Below, piece by piece: positions 1 through 14,732 of a stretch of 64,000 nt of DNA. Position 1 is the first letter of the stretch; the number at the start of each line of letters is the position of its first letter. The notes beneath the pieces are model-generated. The model was not told the origin of the DNA and made no database searches. It saw only the letters and a list, made by a program, of their open reading frames with translations. The DNA is from Eledone cirrhosa (taxonomy: Eukaryota), in NCBI GenBank assembly GCA_964016885.1, contig OZ024741.1, positions 270,878,001 through 270,942,000 on the forward strand. Direction: 5' to 3'. The translations under genes and the position numbers were made by a program.

Positions 1-254
1 CCGGCTGGATCTCCAAGCGAGACCAGCCAAGCTCATGGATGTTATCCAACCATCTTGCTCGGGATCTACCCTTGGGTCTCCTGCTGATTGGTTTTGCCCG
101 TAAAATCTATCCAACCATTCTTTTCTGAGACATTCTATTAATTTAATACTTTTAATAGTAAACTACCTAAAACCACCCTTGTTACTATCACACAAAACTG
201 TTTATGTAGCATTTATAATTATCAGCAAACTTTCGATTGTAAGTCTATGTAAGT

Positions 255-388
255 AGATATCGACCCCGGAAGGATGAAAGTCGAAGTTGATCTTGGCGGA
301 ATTTGAACTCAGACACTTGAAGAGACGTAACAAATGTTACACACGGCATTTCATTCAATGCTTTACCGATTCTGTCAATCCACCACCC
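255..388 (-). mobile_element. tRNA-type SINE, partial
   Basis: Core TATCGACCCCGGAAGGATGAAAG..GGAATTTGAACTCAGA recurs about 10 times in the window; the reverse strand gives box B-like GAGTTCAAATTC. Confidence 0.8.
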
Positions 389-464
389 ACAATGACTTGA
401 GGAATATCAACACTAGATTTATTTACCCAAGACAAAACATTTCTATGTTTTACAGAAGTTTGGC

Positions 465-646
465 AAGAAGGCGGTGGATTGGCAGTATCGGTAGAGGGTT
501 GGACATCATGCTTTGCAGCAAAGAGTTATGGCCCTATATGGTCTGAGTTCAAATGCCGTTGAGGTTAACTTTGCCTTTCATCCTTACAAGGTCGATAAAA
601 TAAAGCACCAGTAATACACTGGGATAGTTGCTGGCCTTGTGCCAAA
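465..646 (+). mobile_element. tRNA-type SINE, ending at the satellite start
   Basis: Box A-like TGGCAGTATCGGTAG, box B-like GAGTTCAAATG, body CTTTGCCTTTCATCCTTAC..GTCGATAAAATAAAG, tail GGCCTTGTGCCAAA. Confidence 0.85.
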
Positions 647-654
647 GGTTTTGT

Positions 655-3600
655 CATATTATCATAGACCAGGAGTCTCTGTCTTACAGAAGTTATGTTA
701 CCTTATCATAGACCAGGAATCTCTGTCTTACAGAAGTTATGTTACATTATCATAGACCAGGAGTGTCTACTCTGTCTTACAGAAGTTATGTTACATTACC
801 ATAGACCAGGAGTGTCTACTCTGTCTTACAGAAGTTATGTTACCTTATCATAGACCAGGAGTGTCTACCATGTTTTACAGAAGTTATGTTACATTATCAT
901 AGACCAGGAGTCTCTACTATGTCTTACAGAAGTTATGTTACATTACCATAGACCAGGAGTCTCTGTCTTACAGAAGTTATGTTACATTACCATAGACCAG
1001 GAGTCTCTGTCTTACAGAAGTTATGTTACATTATCATAGACCAGGAGTGTCTACTCTGTCTTACAGAAGTTATGTTACATTACCATAGACCAGGAGTGTC
1101 TACTCTGTCTTACAGAAGTTATGTTACCTTATCATAGACCAGGAGTGTCTACCATGTTTTACAGAAGTTATGTTACATTATCATAGACCAGGAGTCTCTA
1201 CTATGTCTTACAGAAGTTATGTTACATTACCATAGACCAGGAGTCTCTGTCTTACAGAAGTTATGTTACCTTATCATAGACCAGGAGTCTCTATGTTATA
1301 CAGGAGTTATGTTAGATTATCATAGACCAGGAGTCTCTACTATGTCTTACAGAAGTTATGTTACCTTATCATAGACCAGGATTCTCTACTATGTCTTACA
1401 GAAGTTATGTTACCTTATCATAGACCAGGAGTGTCTACTATGTCTTACAGAAGTTATGTTACCTTATCATAGACCAGGAGTGTCTACTATGTCTTACAGA
1501 AGTTATGTTACCTTATCATAGACCAGGATTCTCTACTATGTCTTACAGAAGTTATGTTACCTTATCATAGACCAGGATTCTCTACTATGTCTTACAGAAG
1601 TTATGTTACATTATCATAGACCAGGAGTCTCTACTATGTCTTACAGAAGTTATGTTACATTATCATAGACCAGGAGTCTCTACTATGTCTTACAGAAGTT
1701 ATGTTACCTTATCATAGACCAGGATTCTCTACTATGTCTTACAGAAGTTATGTTACCTTATCATAGACCAGGATTCTCTACTATGTCTTACAGAAGTTAT
1801 GTTACCTTATCATAGACCAGGATTCTCTACTATGTCTTACAGAAGTTATGTTACATTATCATAGACCAGGAGTCTCTACTATGTCTTACAGAAGTTATGT
1901 TACATTATCATAGACCAGGAGTCTCTACTATGTCTTACAGAAGTTATGTTACCTTATCATAGACCAGGATTCTCTACTATGTCTTACAGAAGTTATGTTA
2001 CCTTATCATAGACCAGGATTCTCTACTATGTCTTACAGAAGTTATGTTACATTATCATAGACCAGGAGTCTCTACTATGTCTTACAGAAGTTATGTTACA
2101 TTATCATAGACCAGGAGTCTCTACTATGTCTTACAGAAGTTATGTTACCTTATCATAGACCAGGATTCTCTACTATGTCTTACAGAAGTTATGTTACCTT
2201 ATCATAGACCAGGATTCTCTACTATGTCTTACAGAAGTTATGTTACCTTATCATAGACCAGGATTCTCTACTATGTCTTACAGAAGTTATGTTACCTTAT
2301 CATAGACCAGGATTCTCTACTATGTCTTACAGAAGTTATGTTACCTTATCATAGACCAGGATTCTCTACTATGTCTTACAGAAGTTATGTTACCTTATCA
2401 TAGACCAGGATTCTCTACTATGTCTTACAGAAGTTATGTTACATTATCATAGACCAGGAGTCTCTACTATGTCTTACAGAAGTTATGTTACATTATCATA
2501 GACCAGGAGTCTCTACTATGTCTTACAGAAGTTATGTTACCTTATCATAGACCAGGATTCTCTACTATGTCTTACAGAAGTTATGTTACCTTATCATAGA
2601 CCAGGATTCTCTACTATGTCTTACAGAAGTTATGTTACCTTATCATAGACCAGGATTCTCTACTATGTCTTACAGAAGTTATGTTACCTTATCATAGACC
2701 AGGATTCTCTACTATGTCTTACAGAAGTTATGTTACCTTATCATAGACCAGGATTCTCTACTATGTCTTACAGAAGTTATGTTACCTTATCATAGACCAG
2801 GATTCTCTACTATGTCTTACAGAAGTTATGTTACATTATCATAGACCAGGAGTCTCTACTATGTCTTACAGAAGTTATGTTACATTATCATAGACCAGGA
2901 GTCTCTACTATGTCTTACAGAAGTTATGTTACCTTATCATAGACCAGGATTCTCTACTATGTCTTACAGAAGTTATGTTACCTTATCATAGACCAGGATT
3001 CTCTACTATGTCTTACAGAAGTTATGTTACCTTATCATAGACCAGGATTCTCTACTATGTCTTACAGAAGTTATGTTACATTATCATAGACCAGGAGTCT
3101 CTACTATGTCTTACAGAAGTTATGTTACATTATCATAGACCAGGAGTCTCTACTATGTCTTACAGAAGTTATGTTACCTTATCATAGACCAGGATTCTCT
3201 ACTATGTCTTACAGAAGTTATGTTACCTTATCATAGACCAGGATTCTCTACTATGTCTTACAGAAGTTATGTTACATTATCATAGACCAGGAGTCTCTAC
3301 TATGTCTTACAGAAGTTATGTTACATTATCATAGACCAGGAGTGTCTACTATGTCTTACAGAAGTTATGTTACCTTATCATAGACCAGGATTCTCTACTA
3401 TGTCTTACAGAAGTTATGTTACCTTATCATAGACCAGGAGTGTCTACTATGTCTTACAGAAGTTATGTTACATTAACATAGACCAGGAGTCTCTACTATG
3501 TCTTACAGAAGTTATGTTACCTTATCATAGACCAGGATTCTCTACTATGTCTTACAGAAGTTATGTTACCTTATCATAGACCAGGAGTGTCTACTATGTC

Positions 3601-6600
3601 TTACAGAAGTTATGTTACATTAACATAGACCAGGAGTGTCTACTATGTCTTACAGAAGTTATGTTACCTTATCATAGACCAGGAGTGTCTACTATGTCTT
3701 ACAGAAGTTATGTTACCTTATCATAGACCAGGAGTGTCTACTATGTCTTACAGTAGTTATGTTACCTTATCATAGACCAGGATTCTCTACTATGTCTTAC
3801 AGAAGTTATGTTACCTTATCATAGACCAGGATTCTCTACTATGTCTTACAGAAGTTATGTTACCTTATCATAGACCAGGAGTGTCTACTATGTCTTACAG
3901 AAGTTATGTTACATTAACATAGACCAGGAGTGTCTACTATGTCTTACAGAAGTTATGTTACCTTATCATAGACCAGGAGTCTCTTCTATGTCTTACAGTA
4001 GTTATGTTACATTAACATAGACCAGGAGTGTCTACTATGTCTTACAGAAGTTATGTTACCTTATCATAGACCAGGAGTGTCTACTATGTCTTACAGAAGT
4101 TATGTTACCTTATCATAGACCAGGAGTGTCTACTATGTCTTACAGAAGTTATGTTACATTATCATAGACCAGGAGTCTCTACTATGTCTTACAGGAGTTA
4201 TGTTACCTTATCATAGACCAGGAGTCTCTACTATGTCTTACAGGAGTTATGTTACCTTATCATAGACCAGGAGTCTCTACTATGTCTTACAGAAGTTATG
4301 TTACATTATCATAGACCAGGAGTCTCTACTATGTCTTACAGGAGTTATGTTACCTTATCATAGACCAGGAGTCTCTACTATGTCTTACAGAAGTTATGTT
4401 ACCTTATCATAGACCAGGAGTCTCTACTATGTCTTACAGAAGTTATGTTACCTTATCATAGACCAGGAGTCTCTACAATGTCTTACAGAAGCTATGTTAC
4501 ATTATCATAGACCAGGAGTCTCTACTATGTCTTACAGAAGTTATGTTACCTTAACATAGACCAGGAGTGTCTACTATGTCTTACAGAAGTTATGTTACCT
4601 TATCATAGACCAGGAGTCTCTTCTATGTCTTACAGTAGTTATGTTACATTAACATAGACCAGGAGTGTCTACTATGTCTTACAGAAGTTATGTTACATTA
4701 TCATAGACCAGGAGTGTCTACTATGTCTTACAGAAGTTATGTTACATTATCATAGACCAGGAGTCTCTACTATGTCTTACAGAAGTTATGTTACCTTATC
4801 ATAGACCAGGAGTCTCTACTATGTCTTACCGAAGTTATGTTACATTATCATAGACCAGGAGTGTCTACTATGTCTTACAGTAGTTATGTTACATTAACAT
4901 AGACCAGGAGTGTCTACTATGTCTTACAGAAGTTATGTTACCTTATCATAGACCAGGAGTCTCTACTATGTCTTACAGGAGTTATGTTACCTTATCATAG
5001 ACCAGGAGTCTCTACTATGTCTTACAGTAGTTATGTTACATTATCATAGACCAGAAGTCTCTACTATGTCTTACAGAAGTTATGTTACATTATCATAGAC
5101 CAGGAGCCTCTACTCTGTCTTACAGAAACTATGTTACCTTATCATAGACCAGGAGTCTCTATGTTATACAGGAGTTATGTTAGATTATCATAGACCAGGA
5201 GTCTCTACTATGTCTTACAGAAGTTATGTTACATTATCATAGACCAGGAGCCTCTACTCTGTCTTACAGAAACTATGTTACCTTATCATAGACCAGGAGT
5301 CTCTATGTTATACAGGAGTTATGTTACCTTATCATAGACCAGGAGTCTCTACTATGTCTTACAGAAGTTATGTTACATTATCATAGACCAGGAGCCTCTA
5401 CTCTGTCTTACAGAAACTATGTTACCTTATCATAGACCAGGAGTCTCTATGTTATACAGGAGTTATGTTACCTTATCATAGACCAGGAGTCTCTACTATG
5501 TCTTACAGAAGTTATGTTACCTTATCATAGACCAGGAGTGTCTACTATGTCTTACAGAAGTTATGTTACCTTATCATAGACCAGGATTCTCTACTATGTC
5601 TTACAGAAGTTATGTTACCTTATCATAGACCAGGAGTGTCTACTATGTCTTACAGTAGTTATGTTACATTAACATAGACCAGGAGTCTCTACTATGTCTT
5701 ACAGTAGTTATGTTACATTAACATAGACCAGGAGTGTCTACTATGTCTTACAGAAGTTATGTTACCTTATCATAGACCAGGAGTGTCTACTATGTCTTAC
5801 AGAAGTTATGTTACATTATCATAGACCAGGAGTGTCTACTATGTCTTACAGAAGTTATGTTACATTATCATAGACCAGGAGTGTCTACTATGTCTTACAG
5901 AAGTTATGTTACCTTATCATAGACCAGGAGTGTCTACTATGTCTTACAGAAGTTATGTTACCTTATCATAGACCAGGAGTCTCTACTATGTCTTACAGGA
6001 GTTATGTTACCTTATCATAGACCAGGAGTCTCTACTATGTCTTACAGGAGTTATGTTACCTTATCATAGACCAGGAGTCTCTACTATGTCTTACCGAAGT
6101 TATGTTACATTATCATAGACCAGGAGTCTCTACTATGTCTTACAGAAGTTATGTTACATTATCATAGACCAGGAGTGTCTACTATGTCTTACAGAAGTTA
6201 TGTTAGATTATCATAGACCAGGAGTCTCTACTATGTCTTACAGAAGTTATGTTACCTTATCATAGACCAGGAGTCTCTTCTATGTCTTACAGTAGTTATG
6301 TTACATTAACATAGACCAGGAGTGTCTACTATGTCTTACAGAAGTTATGTTAGATTATCATAGACCAGGAGTCTCTACTATGTCTTACAGAAGTTATGTT
6401 ACCTTATCATAGACCAGGAGTCTCTTCTATGTCTTACAGTAGTTATGTTACATTATCATAGACCAGGAGTCTATGTCTTACAGAAGTTATGTTACCTTCT
6501 CATAGACCAAGAGTCTCTACTATGTCTTACAGAAGTTATGTTACCTTCTCATAGACCAGGAGTCTCTACTATGTCTTACAGAAGTTATGTTACCTTATCA

Positions 6601-9600
6601 TAGACCAGGTGTGTCTACTATGTCTTACAGAAGTTATGTTACCTTATCATAGACCAGGATTCTCTACTATGTCTTACAGAAGTTATGTTACCTTATCATA
6701 GACCAGGAGTGTCTACTATGTCTTACAGAAGTTATGTTACATTATCATAGACCAGGAGTCTCTACTATGTCTTACAGAAGTTATGTTACATTAACATAGA
6801 CCAGGAGTCTCTACTATGTCTTACAGTAGTTATGTTACATTAACATAGACCAGGAGTGTCTACTATGTCTTACAGAAGTTATGTTACCTTATCATAGACC
6901 AGGAGTCTCTACTATGTCTTACAGGAGTTATGTTACCTTATCATAGACCAGGAGTCTCTACTATGTCTTACAGAAGTTATGTTACCTTATCATAGACCAG
7001 GAGTCTCTACTATGTCTTACAGAAGTTATGTTACATTATCATAGACCAGGAGTCTCTGTCTTACAGAAGTTATGTTACATTATCATAGACCAGGAGTCTC
7101 TACTATGTCTTACAGAAGTTATGTTACCTTAACATAGACCAGGAGTGTCTACTATGTCTTACAGAAGTTATGTTACCTTATCATAGACCAGGAGTGTCTA
7201 CTATGTCTTACAGAAGTTATGTTACCTTATCATAGACCAGGAGTCTCTTCTATGTCTTACAGTAGTTATGTTACATTAACATAGACCAGGAGTGTCTACT
7301 ATGTCTTACAGAAGTTATGTTACCTTATCATAGACCAGGAGTGTCTACTATGTCTTACAGAAGTTATGTTACATTATCATAGACCAGGAGTCTCTACTAT
7401 GTCTTACAGAAGTTATGTTACCTTATCATAGACCAGGAGTCTCTACTATGTCTTACCGAAGTTATGTTACATTATCATAGACCAGGAGTGTCTACTATGT
7501 CTTACAGTAGTTATGTTACATTAACATAGACCAGGAGTGTCTACTATGTCTTACAGAAGTTATGTTACCTTATCATAGACCAGGAGTCTCTACTATGTCT
7601 TACAGGAGTTATGTTACCTTATCATAGACCAGGAGTCTCTACTATGTCTTACAGTAGTTATGTTACATTATCATAGACCAGAAGTCTCTACTATGTCTTA
7701 CAGAAGTTATGTTACATTATCATAGACCAGGAGCCTCTACTCTGTCTTACAGAAACTATGTTACCTTATCATAGACCAGGAGTCTCTATGTTATACAGGA
7801 GTTATGTTAGATTATCATAGACCAGGAGTCTCTACTATGTCTTACAGAAGTTATGTTACATTATCATAGACCAGGAGCCTCTACTCTGTCTTACAGAAAC
7901 TATGTTACCTTATCATAGACCAGGAGTCTCTATGTTATACAGAAGTTATGTTACCTTATCATAGACCAGGATTCTCTACTATGTCTTACAGAAGTTATGT
8001 TACCTTATCATAGACCAGGAGTGTCTACTATGTCTTACAGTAGTTATGTTACCTTATCATAGACCAGGAGTCTCTACTATGTCTTACAGAAATTATGTTA
8101 CCTTATCATAGACCAGGATTCTCTACTATGTCTTACAGAAGTTATGTTACCTTATCATAGACCAGGATTCTCTACTATGTCTTACAGAAGTTATGTTACC
8201 TTATCATAGACCAGGAGTGTCTACTATGTCTTACAGAAGTTATGTTACCTTATCATAGACCAGGAGTCTCTTCTATGTCTTACAGTAGTTATGTTACATT
8301 AACATAGACCAGGAGTCTCTACTATGTCTTACAGTAGTTATGTTACATTATCATAGACCAGGAGTGTCTACTATGTCTTACAGAAGTTATGTTACCTTAT
8401 CATAGACCAGGAGTGTCTACTATGTCTTACAGAAGTTATGTTACATTATCATAGACCAGGAGTGTCTACTATGTCTTACAGAAGTTATGTTACCTTATCA
8501 TAGACCAGGAGTCTATGTCTTACAGTAGTTATGTTACATTAACATAGACCAGGAGTGTCTACTATGTCTTACAGAAGTTATGTTACCTTATCATAGACCA
8601 GGAGTGTCTACTATGTCTTACAGAAGTTATGTTACATTATCATAGACCAGGAGTGTCTACTATGTCTTACAGAAGTTATGTTACATTATCATAGACCAGG
8701 AGTGTCTACTATGTCTTACAGAAGTTATGTTACCTTATCATAGACCAGGAGTGTCTACTATGTCTTACAGAAGTTATGTTACCTTATCATAGACCAGGAG
8801 TCTCTACTATGTCTTACAGGAGTTATGTTACCTTATCATAGACCAGGAGTCTCTACTATGTCTTACAGGAGTTATGTTACCTTATCATAGACCAGGAGTC
8901 TCTACTATGTCTTACCGAAGTTATGTTACATTATCATAGACCAGGAGTCTCTACTATGTCTTACAGAAGTTATGTTACATTATCATAGACCAGGAGTGTC
9001 TACTATGTCTTACAGAAGTTATGTTACCTTATCATAGACCAGGAGTCTCTACTATGTCTTACAGAAGTTATGTTAGATTATCATAGACCAGGAGTCTCTA
9101 CTATGTCTTACAGAAGTTATGTTACCTTATCATAGACCAGGAGTCTCTTCTATGTCTTACAGTAGTTATGTTACATTAACATAGACCAGGAGTGTCTACT
9201 ATGTCTTACAGAAGTTATGTTAGATTATCATAGACCAGGAGTCTCTACTATGTCTTACAGAAGTTATGTTACCTTATCATAGACCAGGAGTCTCTTCTAT
9301 GTCTTACAGTAGTTATGTTACATTATCATAGACCAGGAGTCTATGTCTTACAGAAGTTATGTTACATTATCATAGACCAGGAGTCTATGTCTTACAGAAG
9401 TTATGTTACCTTCTCATAGACCAAGAGTCTCTACTATGTCTTACAGAAGTTATGTTACCTTATCATAGACCAGGTGTGTCTACTATGTCTTACAGAAGTT
9501 ATGTTACCTTATCATAGACCAGGAGTCTCTACAATGTCTTACAGTAGTTATGTTACATTATCATAGACCAGGAGTCTATGTCTTACAGAAGTTATGTTAC

Positions 9601-10661
9601 ATTATCATAGACCAGGAGTCTATGTCTTACAGAAGTTATGTTACCTTCTCATAGACCAGGAGTCTCTACTATGTCTTACAGAAGTTATGTTACCTTATCA
9701 TAGACCAGGTGTGTCTACTATGTCTTACAGAAGTTATGTTACCTTATCATAGACCAGGAGTCTCTACAATGTCTTACAGTAGTTATGTTACATTATCATA
9801 GACCAGGAGTCTATGTCTTACAGAAGTTATGTTACATTATCATAGACCAGGAGTCTATGTCTTACAGAAGTTATGTTACCTTATCATAGACCAGGAGTCT
9901 CTACAATGTCTTACAGTAGTTATGTTACATTATCATAGACCAGGAGTCTATGTCTTACAGAAGTTATGTTACATTATCATAGACCAGGAGTCTCTACAAT
10001 GTCTTACAGTAGTTATGTTACATTATCATAGACCAGGAGTCTATGTCTTACAGAAGTTATGTTACATTATCATAGACCAGGTGTGTCTACTATGTCTTAC
10101 AGAAGCTATGTTACATTATCATAGACCAGGTGTGTCTACTATGTCTTACAGTAGTTATGTTACCTTATCATAGACCAGGAGTCTCTACTATGTCTTACAG
10201 AAGTTATGTTACATTATCATAGACCAGGTGTATCTACTATGTCTTACAGAAGTTATGTTACATTATCATAGACCAGGAGTCTCTACAATGTATTACAGAA
10301 GTTATGTTACCTTATCATAGACCAGGAGTCTCTACAATGTCTTACAGTAGTTATGTTACCTTATCATAGACCAGGAGTCTCTGTCTTACAGTAGTTATGT
10401 TACATTATCATAGACCAGGAGTGTCTACTATGTTTTACAGTAGTTATGTTACATTATCATAGACCAGGAGTCTCTGTCTTACAGTAGTTATGTTACATTA
10501 TCATAGACCAGGAGTGTCTACTATGTTTTACAGTAGTTATGTTACATTATCATAGACCAGGAGTCTCTGTCTTACAGTAGTTATGTTACATTATCATAGA
10601 CCAGGAGTGTCTACAATGTCTTACAGTAGTTATGTTACCTTATCATAGACCAGGAGTCTCT
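655..10661. repeat. Tandem satellite array, 49-bp monomer, roughly 200 copies
   Basis: Unit TTATCATAGACCAGGAGTCTCTACTATGTCTTACAGAAGTTATGTTAC(A/C); period 49 checked at 1567/1616; shorter deletion variants; no unique spacers. Confidence 0.98.
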
Positions 10662-10883
10662 CACACATGGCAAGTGATGAAACTGAGCTGTTGTTTTGTC
10701 TTAATCATTTTCCTAAAATCCTTGTCGTGCGTAATGATTCATTATCAGTGGCTGTATGTTGACTATTTGTAAAAGTGTTCAAAAGCACAATGATACAAGG
10801 GGAGTGTTGAAGTAGAAATATAACTGAAACATCACAGAAAGTGAAGCAGAAAGTGTATCAATGTCATATCCCTTTTATATATA

Positions 10884-11545
10884 CTAGCAAAAAACCACCC
10901 AAATGGTGGTTTTCTGCTAGCATGTGCATATTGATATTAAATGCAGATATACATGCATGTAGATATGATAAATCAAATAATATCACAATTGTCAATATGC
11001 ACAGAAATTAAAGAGAGACTGTGTTAATCTCCCCCCTGTAATCAGTAAAGTAATCCATGATACATTTAAAAAAGATGATATTATATATAAACTGCATTAC
11101 AGTGAAATGTAAGGAAACCTTATATAATGGTGTAAATATATGGATGTTTATATAAGTGATGTAATAAGTGTTATGATATACCAGACGCGAACTGGAAGTG
11201 TAGATATTTAAAAATTTTAAAAGAAATGAATCTTAAAATAAGCAATCATTATATATAAGAATAGTTATGGCCCTTGTCATTCTGAGTTCAAATCTTGCCG
11301 AGGTTAACCTTGCCTTTCATCCTTACGGGGTCGATAAAATAAAGTACCAGTAATGCTGGCCTTGTGCCAAAAGTAGAAACAATTATATATAAGAATATTT
11401 ATGTTTAATCAACAGCTACGAAATTTAGTAGATAAATTATGTAATATTCATTCATTATTTATTCAAAGTAATCTAACTTATTTTACTAACACGATAAAAA
11501 AATATATTCGTGACGCAGTCCCGCACTCCTCCCTTTATTATAGTT
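10884..11545 (-). mobile_element. Non-autonomous Helitron-like element with nested SINE
   Basis: Terminal CTAG within hairpin CTAGCA.AAAACCAC..GTGGTTTTCTGCTAG; colinear second copy at 49355-50362. Confidence 0.6.
11263..11381 (+). mobile_element. 5'-truncated SINE with about 16-bp TSD
   Basis: SINE body flanked by ATTATATATAAGAATA on both sides; absent at this position in the 49355 copy. Confidence 0.85.
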
Positions 11546-11994
11546 ATGAAATTAACAGGGATAATATAAAGATTGATGTATGATAAAGGGGGGAATCTCT
11601 GGAAAATGTTTAAAAAAATAAATAATATAATAGAGGAAAGGAATATAAAAGCTATAAACGAGAGAAAAAAGAGTAGAAAAGCAAGGACTTTAGGGCCACA
11701 GAAGAAAAGGAGGGGGGGGGGGTCTGCGCTTAGAGCGCAGCGGTGTTTGGGCTGCGCCTCGCAGACAAGACCGCAAAAAGATTCCCGCTGATAATGACCA
11801 GCAACAACCACCCCACCTCGTGATACTTCTTCCTCAGATGGGCTGCTGACGTTCCAATCTTGCGGAGGAGCTCGGCAGAGGATCTCAACGGTAACCGATG
11901 CGAAGAGGAAGCGGCCAAACGATCCCTGGCATTTGTTTGCCTTCTTTTCCTCTGCATTGCGGGCCGCAGTACCGGGGTGTGTGGCCGAAGCGAC

Positions 11995-12430
11995 TAAGCT
12001 GGAGATGGAGAAAGTGTCAGAACATGTGGCGTCCTAGATGAAGGATCTACCGCATTGGAATGGGAAGAGGGTATCTTCATTTTTGACGTTGTCAGTTCGT
12101 TTAACATTAAGAATGTGCCTGTACCAAAAGAGTTCAACGTATTTGCCATACAGTTGGTGACTGTCCATGATTCGGCTCCATAAAACAATATAAACAGAAT
12201 GAGGAGTCAAAGAGTTGTAGTTTTAGATTTACTGTAATGCTGAGTGACTTCCATATGTTTTGAAGTTGCCAGAATTTGTCAAAGACGTTCTTTGAAATCA
12301 TTAAATGAAAAACTGATTCTGGAGCTCAGATTTTTAAAATCTTCAATAGCTTCAACGATCTGGACATTAGGCACTTAAATGTCATTTATGTTAGTGTTAA
12401 GGCCTAGGACTTCTAAATCTGTGTTGCTCT
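11995..12430 (-). pseudogene. Degenerate RTE-like LINE RT C-terminal fragment
   Basis: YGAESWTVT motif in ORF 11994-12188, typical of RTE-type RT C-termini; frameshifted. Confidence 0.65.
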
Positions 12431-12719
12431 GTTGAAACAACAGACATATCTCCAGCTACAAAACTCCTTGATATAACCACAAATTGCTTTACCGTGGAAG
12501 AACTACTTTATTCTATGTAAAAATATATAATGTAAATTATAATTTGATAGAAAAAGGAAAAAAAGAAAATTTAGATCCAGAAGAAAGAATGGAATGTAAA
12601 ATAAGAAAATATAAAAAAAAAAACGGAAAAGGAAGGGATCGGCAAGGGCTCTAGTGAACAAAGCTCTCTCCATTCTCAAACTTGGAAAAGCAAGTTCTGA
12701 AGTTTGGTGGTCAAACCTT

Positions 12720-13755
12720 TCATCAGTATCTCCTGGATGTAGGCAACAACGTCTAAAATAATCACTAACCACCACTGCAATAGAATCAGAATATCATCAT
12801 TACCACACAGAAAAAGTCATCTAAGAGAATGTCAGATTTCAGAAGAATCTCTCTGATGTCTTTTGCAGCAAAAACTTACAACAAGGTGCCATTAAATCAC
12901 ATGTATCTGACTGTGAATGATAGGCTGAGACCATTTCATTCCGCGTTCCGAAAAGGCCGAAGCTGTGCAGAGCAACTCCCAATTTGAAGAAGATTATAAG
13001 AAGGTTTCTACAAGAAACAACTGCCAATTGTTGATGCATCCATGGTATGGTATTGTATAGTCCCATAACTCCTGATAGAGTCGTAGGGGCGCCATATTGA
13101 CATAAGGCGTTTCTTGGACATGTTAAGCCTGGTGGAGACCATCCTTCTCCAGTCCCGAATACAGCAGGTTTCTTCCAGAGAGAAGAAGAATCGACCCCAG
13201 TACTAGATTGGTACTATTTTTATCGACCTCGAAAGGATGAAAGGCAAAGTTAACCTCGGCGGGATTTGAACTCAGAGAGCAGAGAGCCGAAACGAATGCC
13301 ATAAAGTTCTAAAGACTTTGTCAATTCGCCGCCTTCATGCATTCATAGACTTCAACAAAGCCTTTGATTAGATAGACAGAACTGCGTTATTATGGAGTAC
13401 CAAATAAAATCAGAGAAGCGATCTTATGTATCTATGACAGAAACGAAAGCTGTGTTAAACTTGATAAAGAACTAAGTGAATTCTTCAAAATCAAAACCGG
13501 GGTGCCCCAAGGAGAGACGTTGGCTCCATTTCTTTTCATCATTGTCATTGTACGAAATTACGTCCGGGAAAAACCAGTGTACGGTCAGCAAACACAGATT
13601 CCACACTCCCAGACTTGGATTTTGTAGATGACATTGCTCAATTGGACTTTTCTATAGAAGCTATCTAACACCTCCAGGGAATAAAAAAAGAAGGCCCAAC
13701 ATCAACTATACCAAAACAAAAGTCCTAGGCCTTAACACCAACGTAAGTAACATAC
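12720..13755 (+). pseudogene. Degenerate LINE RT core fragment, interrupted by a SINE at about 13195-13335
   Basis: Translatable motifs FIDFNKAFD (about 13340), TGVPQGETLAPFLFIIV (about 13500), DLDFVDDIA (about 13615). Confidence 0.8.
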
Positions 13756-14440
13756 GTCAATACTACTCGTATGTACACAATCATAATACGTAAAAGGCTT
13801 GAGAATGTTTCGTTAAAAAGTTGCTGGATCATAGATCAAAACATTTTGTTGTGAGATGGGCAAGAGATGAGAGGCAAAAATGTGAAACTGAATTTTAACT
13901 GGGCTTAAATACTCGTATGTTTCGTGATAGCTATGGCGTTATAGCTATTTTAGCCTGGAGGTCAATATCCACATATTTACCCATAATAATTTTACTACAC
14001 TCGGCATAACTTTTTATATAATGAGATAATTATATAATAGATCATTTTATCATTATAAATACTTTAGATTTACCCTAAATATTCATATACAAGGATTCGA
14101 AACAGTCATCTATAAATTCGTTTTAGTATAGTGTTTCTTACTTAGCTAAAAACATTCTGTTAAAAAATTCTTTTACTGATTTAAGTTATCAAACTGCGGC
14201 CATGCTGGGGCACGGCCTTAAAGGGATGTAGTCATCTGCGAGATGACGGGTCGCAGGTGGCGGATAGCTAACAGTGTCTCTCAGTATTATATAAGCTCTG
14301 TTAAGGTATTTTCTGCGCCTGAGCATACTACATTTTGTATAAACTAATCTTCTCAGAGCTTCGTAAGTTCAAAATTTTGAGCTTCGCATACAATGTTGAT
14401 GTTTTCAAAAAGCTGTTTGATTCAGCTCCATACTTTAAAC

Positions 14441-14732
14441 GAGGCATGGGCAACCTTTTTCGAGAAGCGGGCCGCGTGAGATATAGCTCATCACCAGGTG
14501 GGCCGCAAGTGCTAATTTACATTCGCGCCCACATTAAAAAAAAAGGGCGGTAACTTAGGTTGTTTTGATTTGTTGCTTCAGAATTCGTGCACGTTGTTTT
14601 CCTCCATTGTAAAAATGAAAGAAAGATAAATTACGACTGAAAAGTTGGGGTAAAAAAATCAGAAAGATTTCACTTAGGTGACTTAGGCGAGCCATTCAGA
14701 AAGCTTCGCGGGGCGCAGGTTGCCCATGACTG
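14441..14732. mobile_element. hAT-like MITE
   Basis: TIRs GGCATGGGCAACCT / AGGTTGCCCATGAC; degenerate 8-bp TSD CTTTAAAC / ATTTAGAC. Confidence 0.75.

Noticed and set aside
655-10661. CRISPR array or coding repeat (ORF 9829-10173)
   Set aside because: Contiguous monomers without unique spacers, no cas genes, eukaryotic context; the ORF is a chance frame of the satellite. No HHR core in the monomer.
11573-11990. GC-rich ORFs as a host exon
   Set aside because: No recognisable protein motif or splice context; more likely a repeat fragment.
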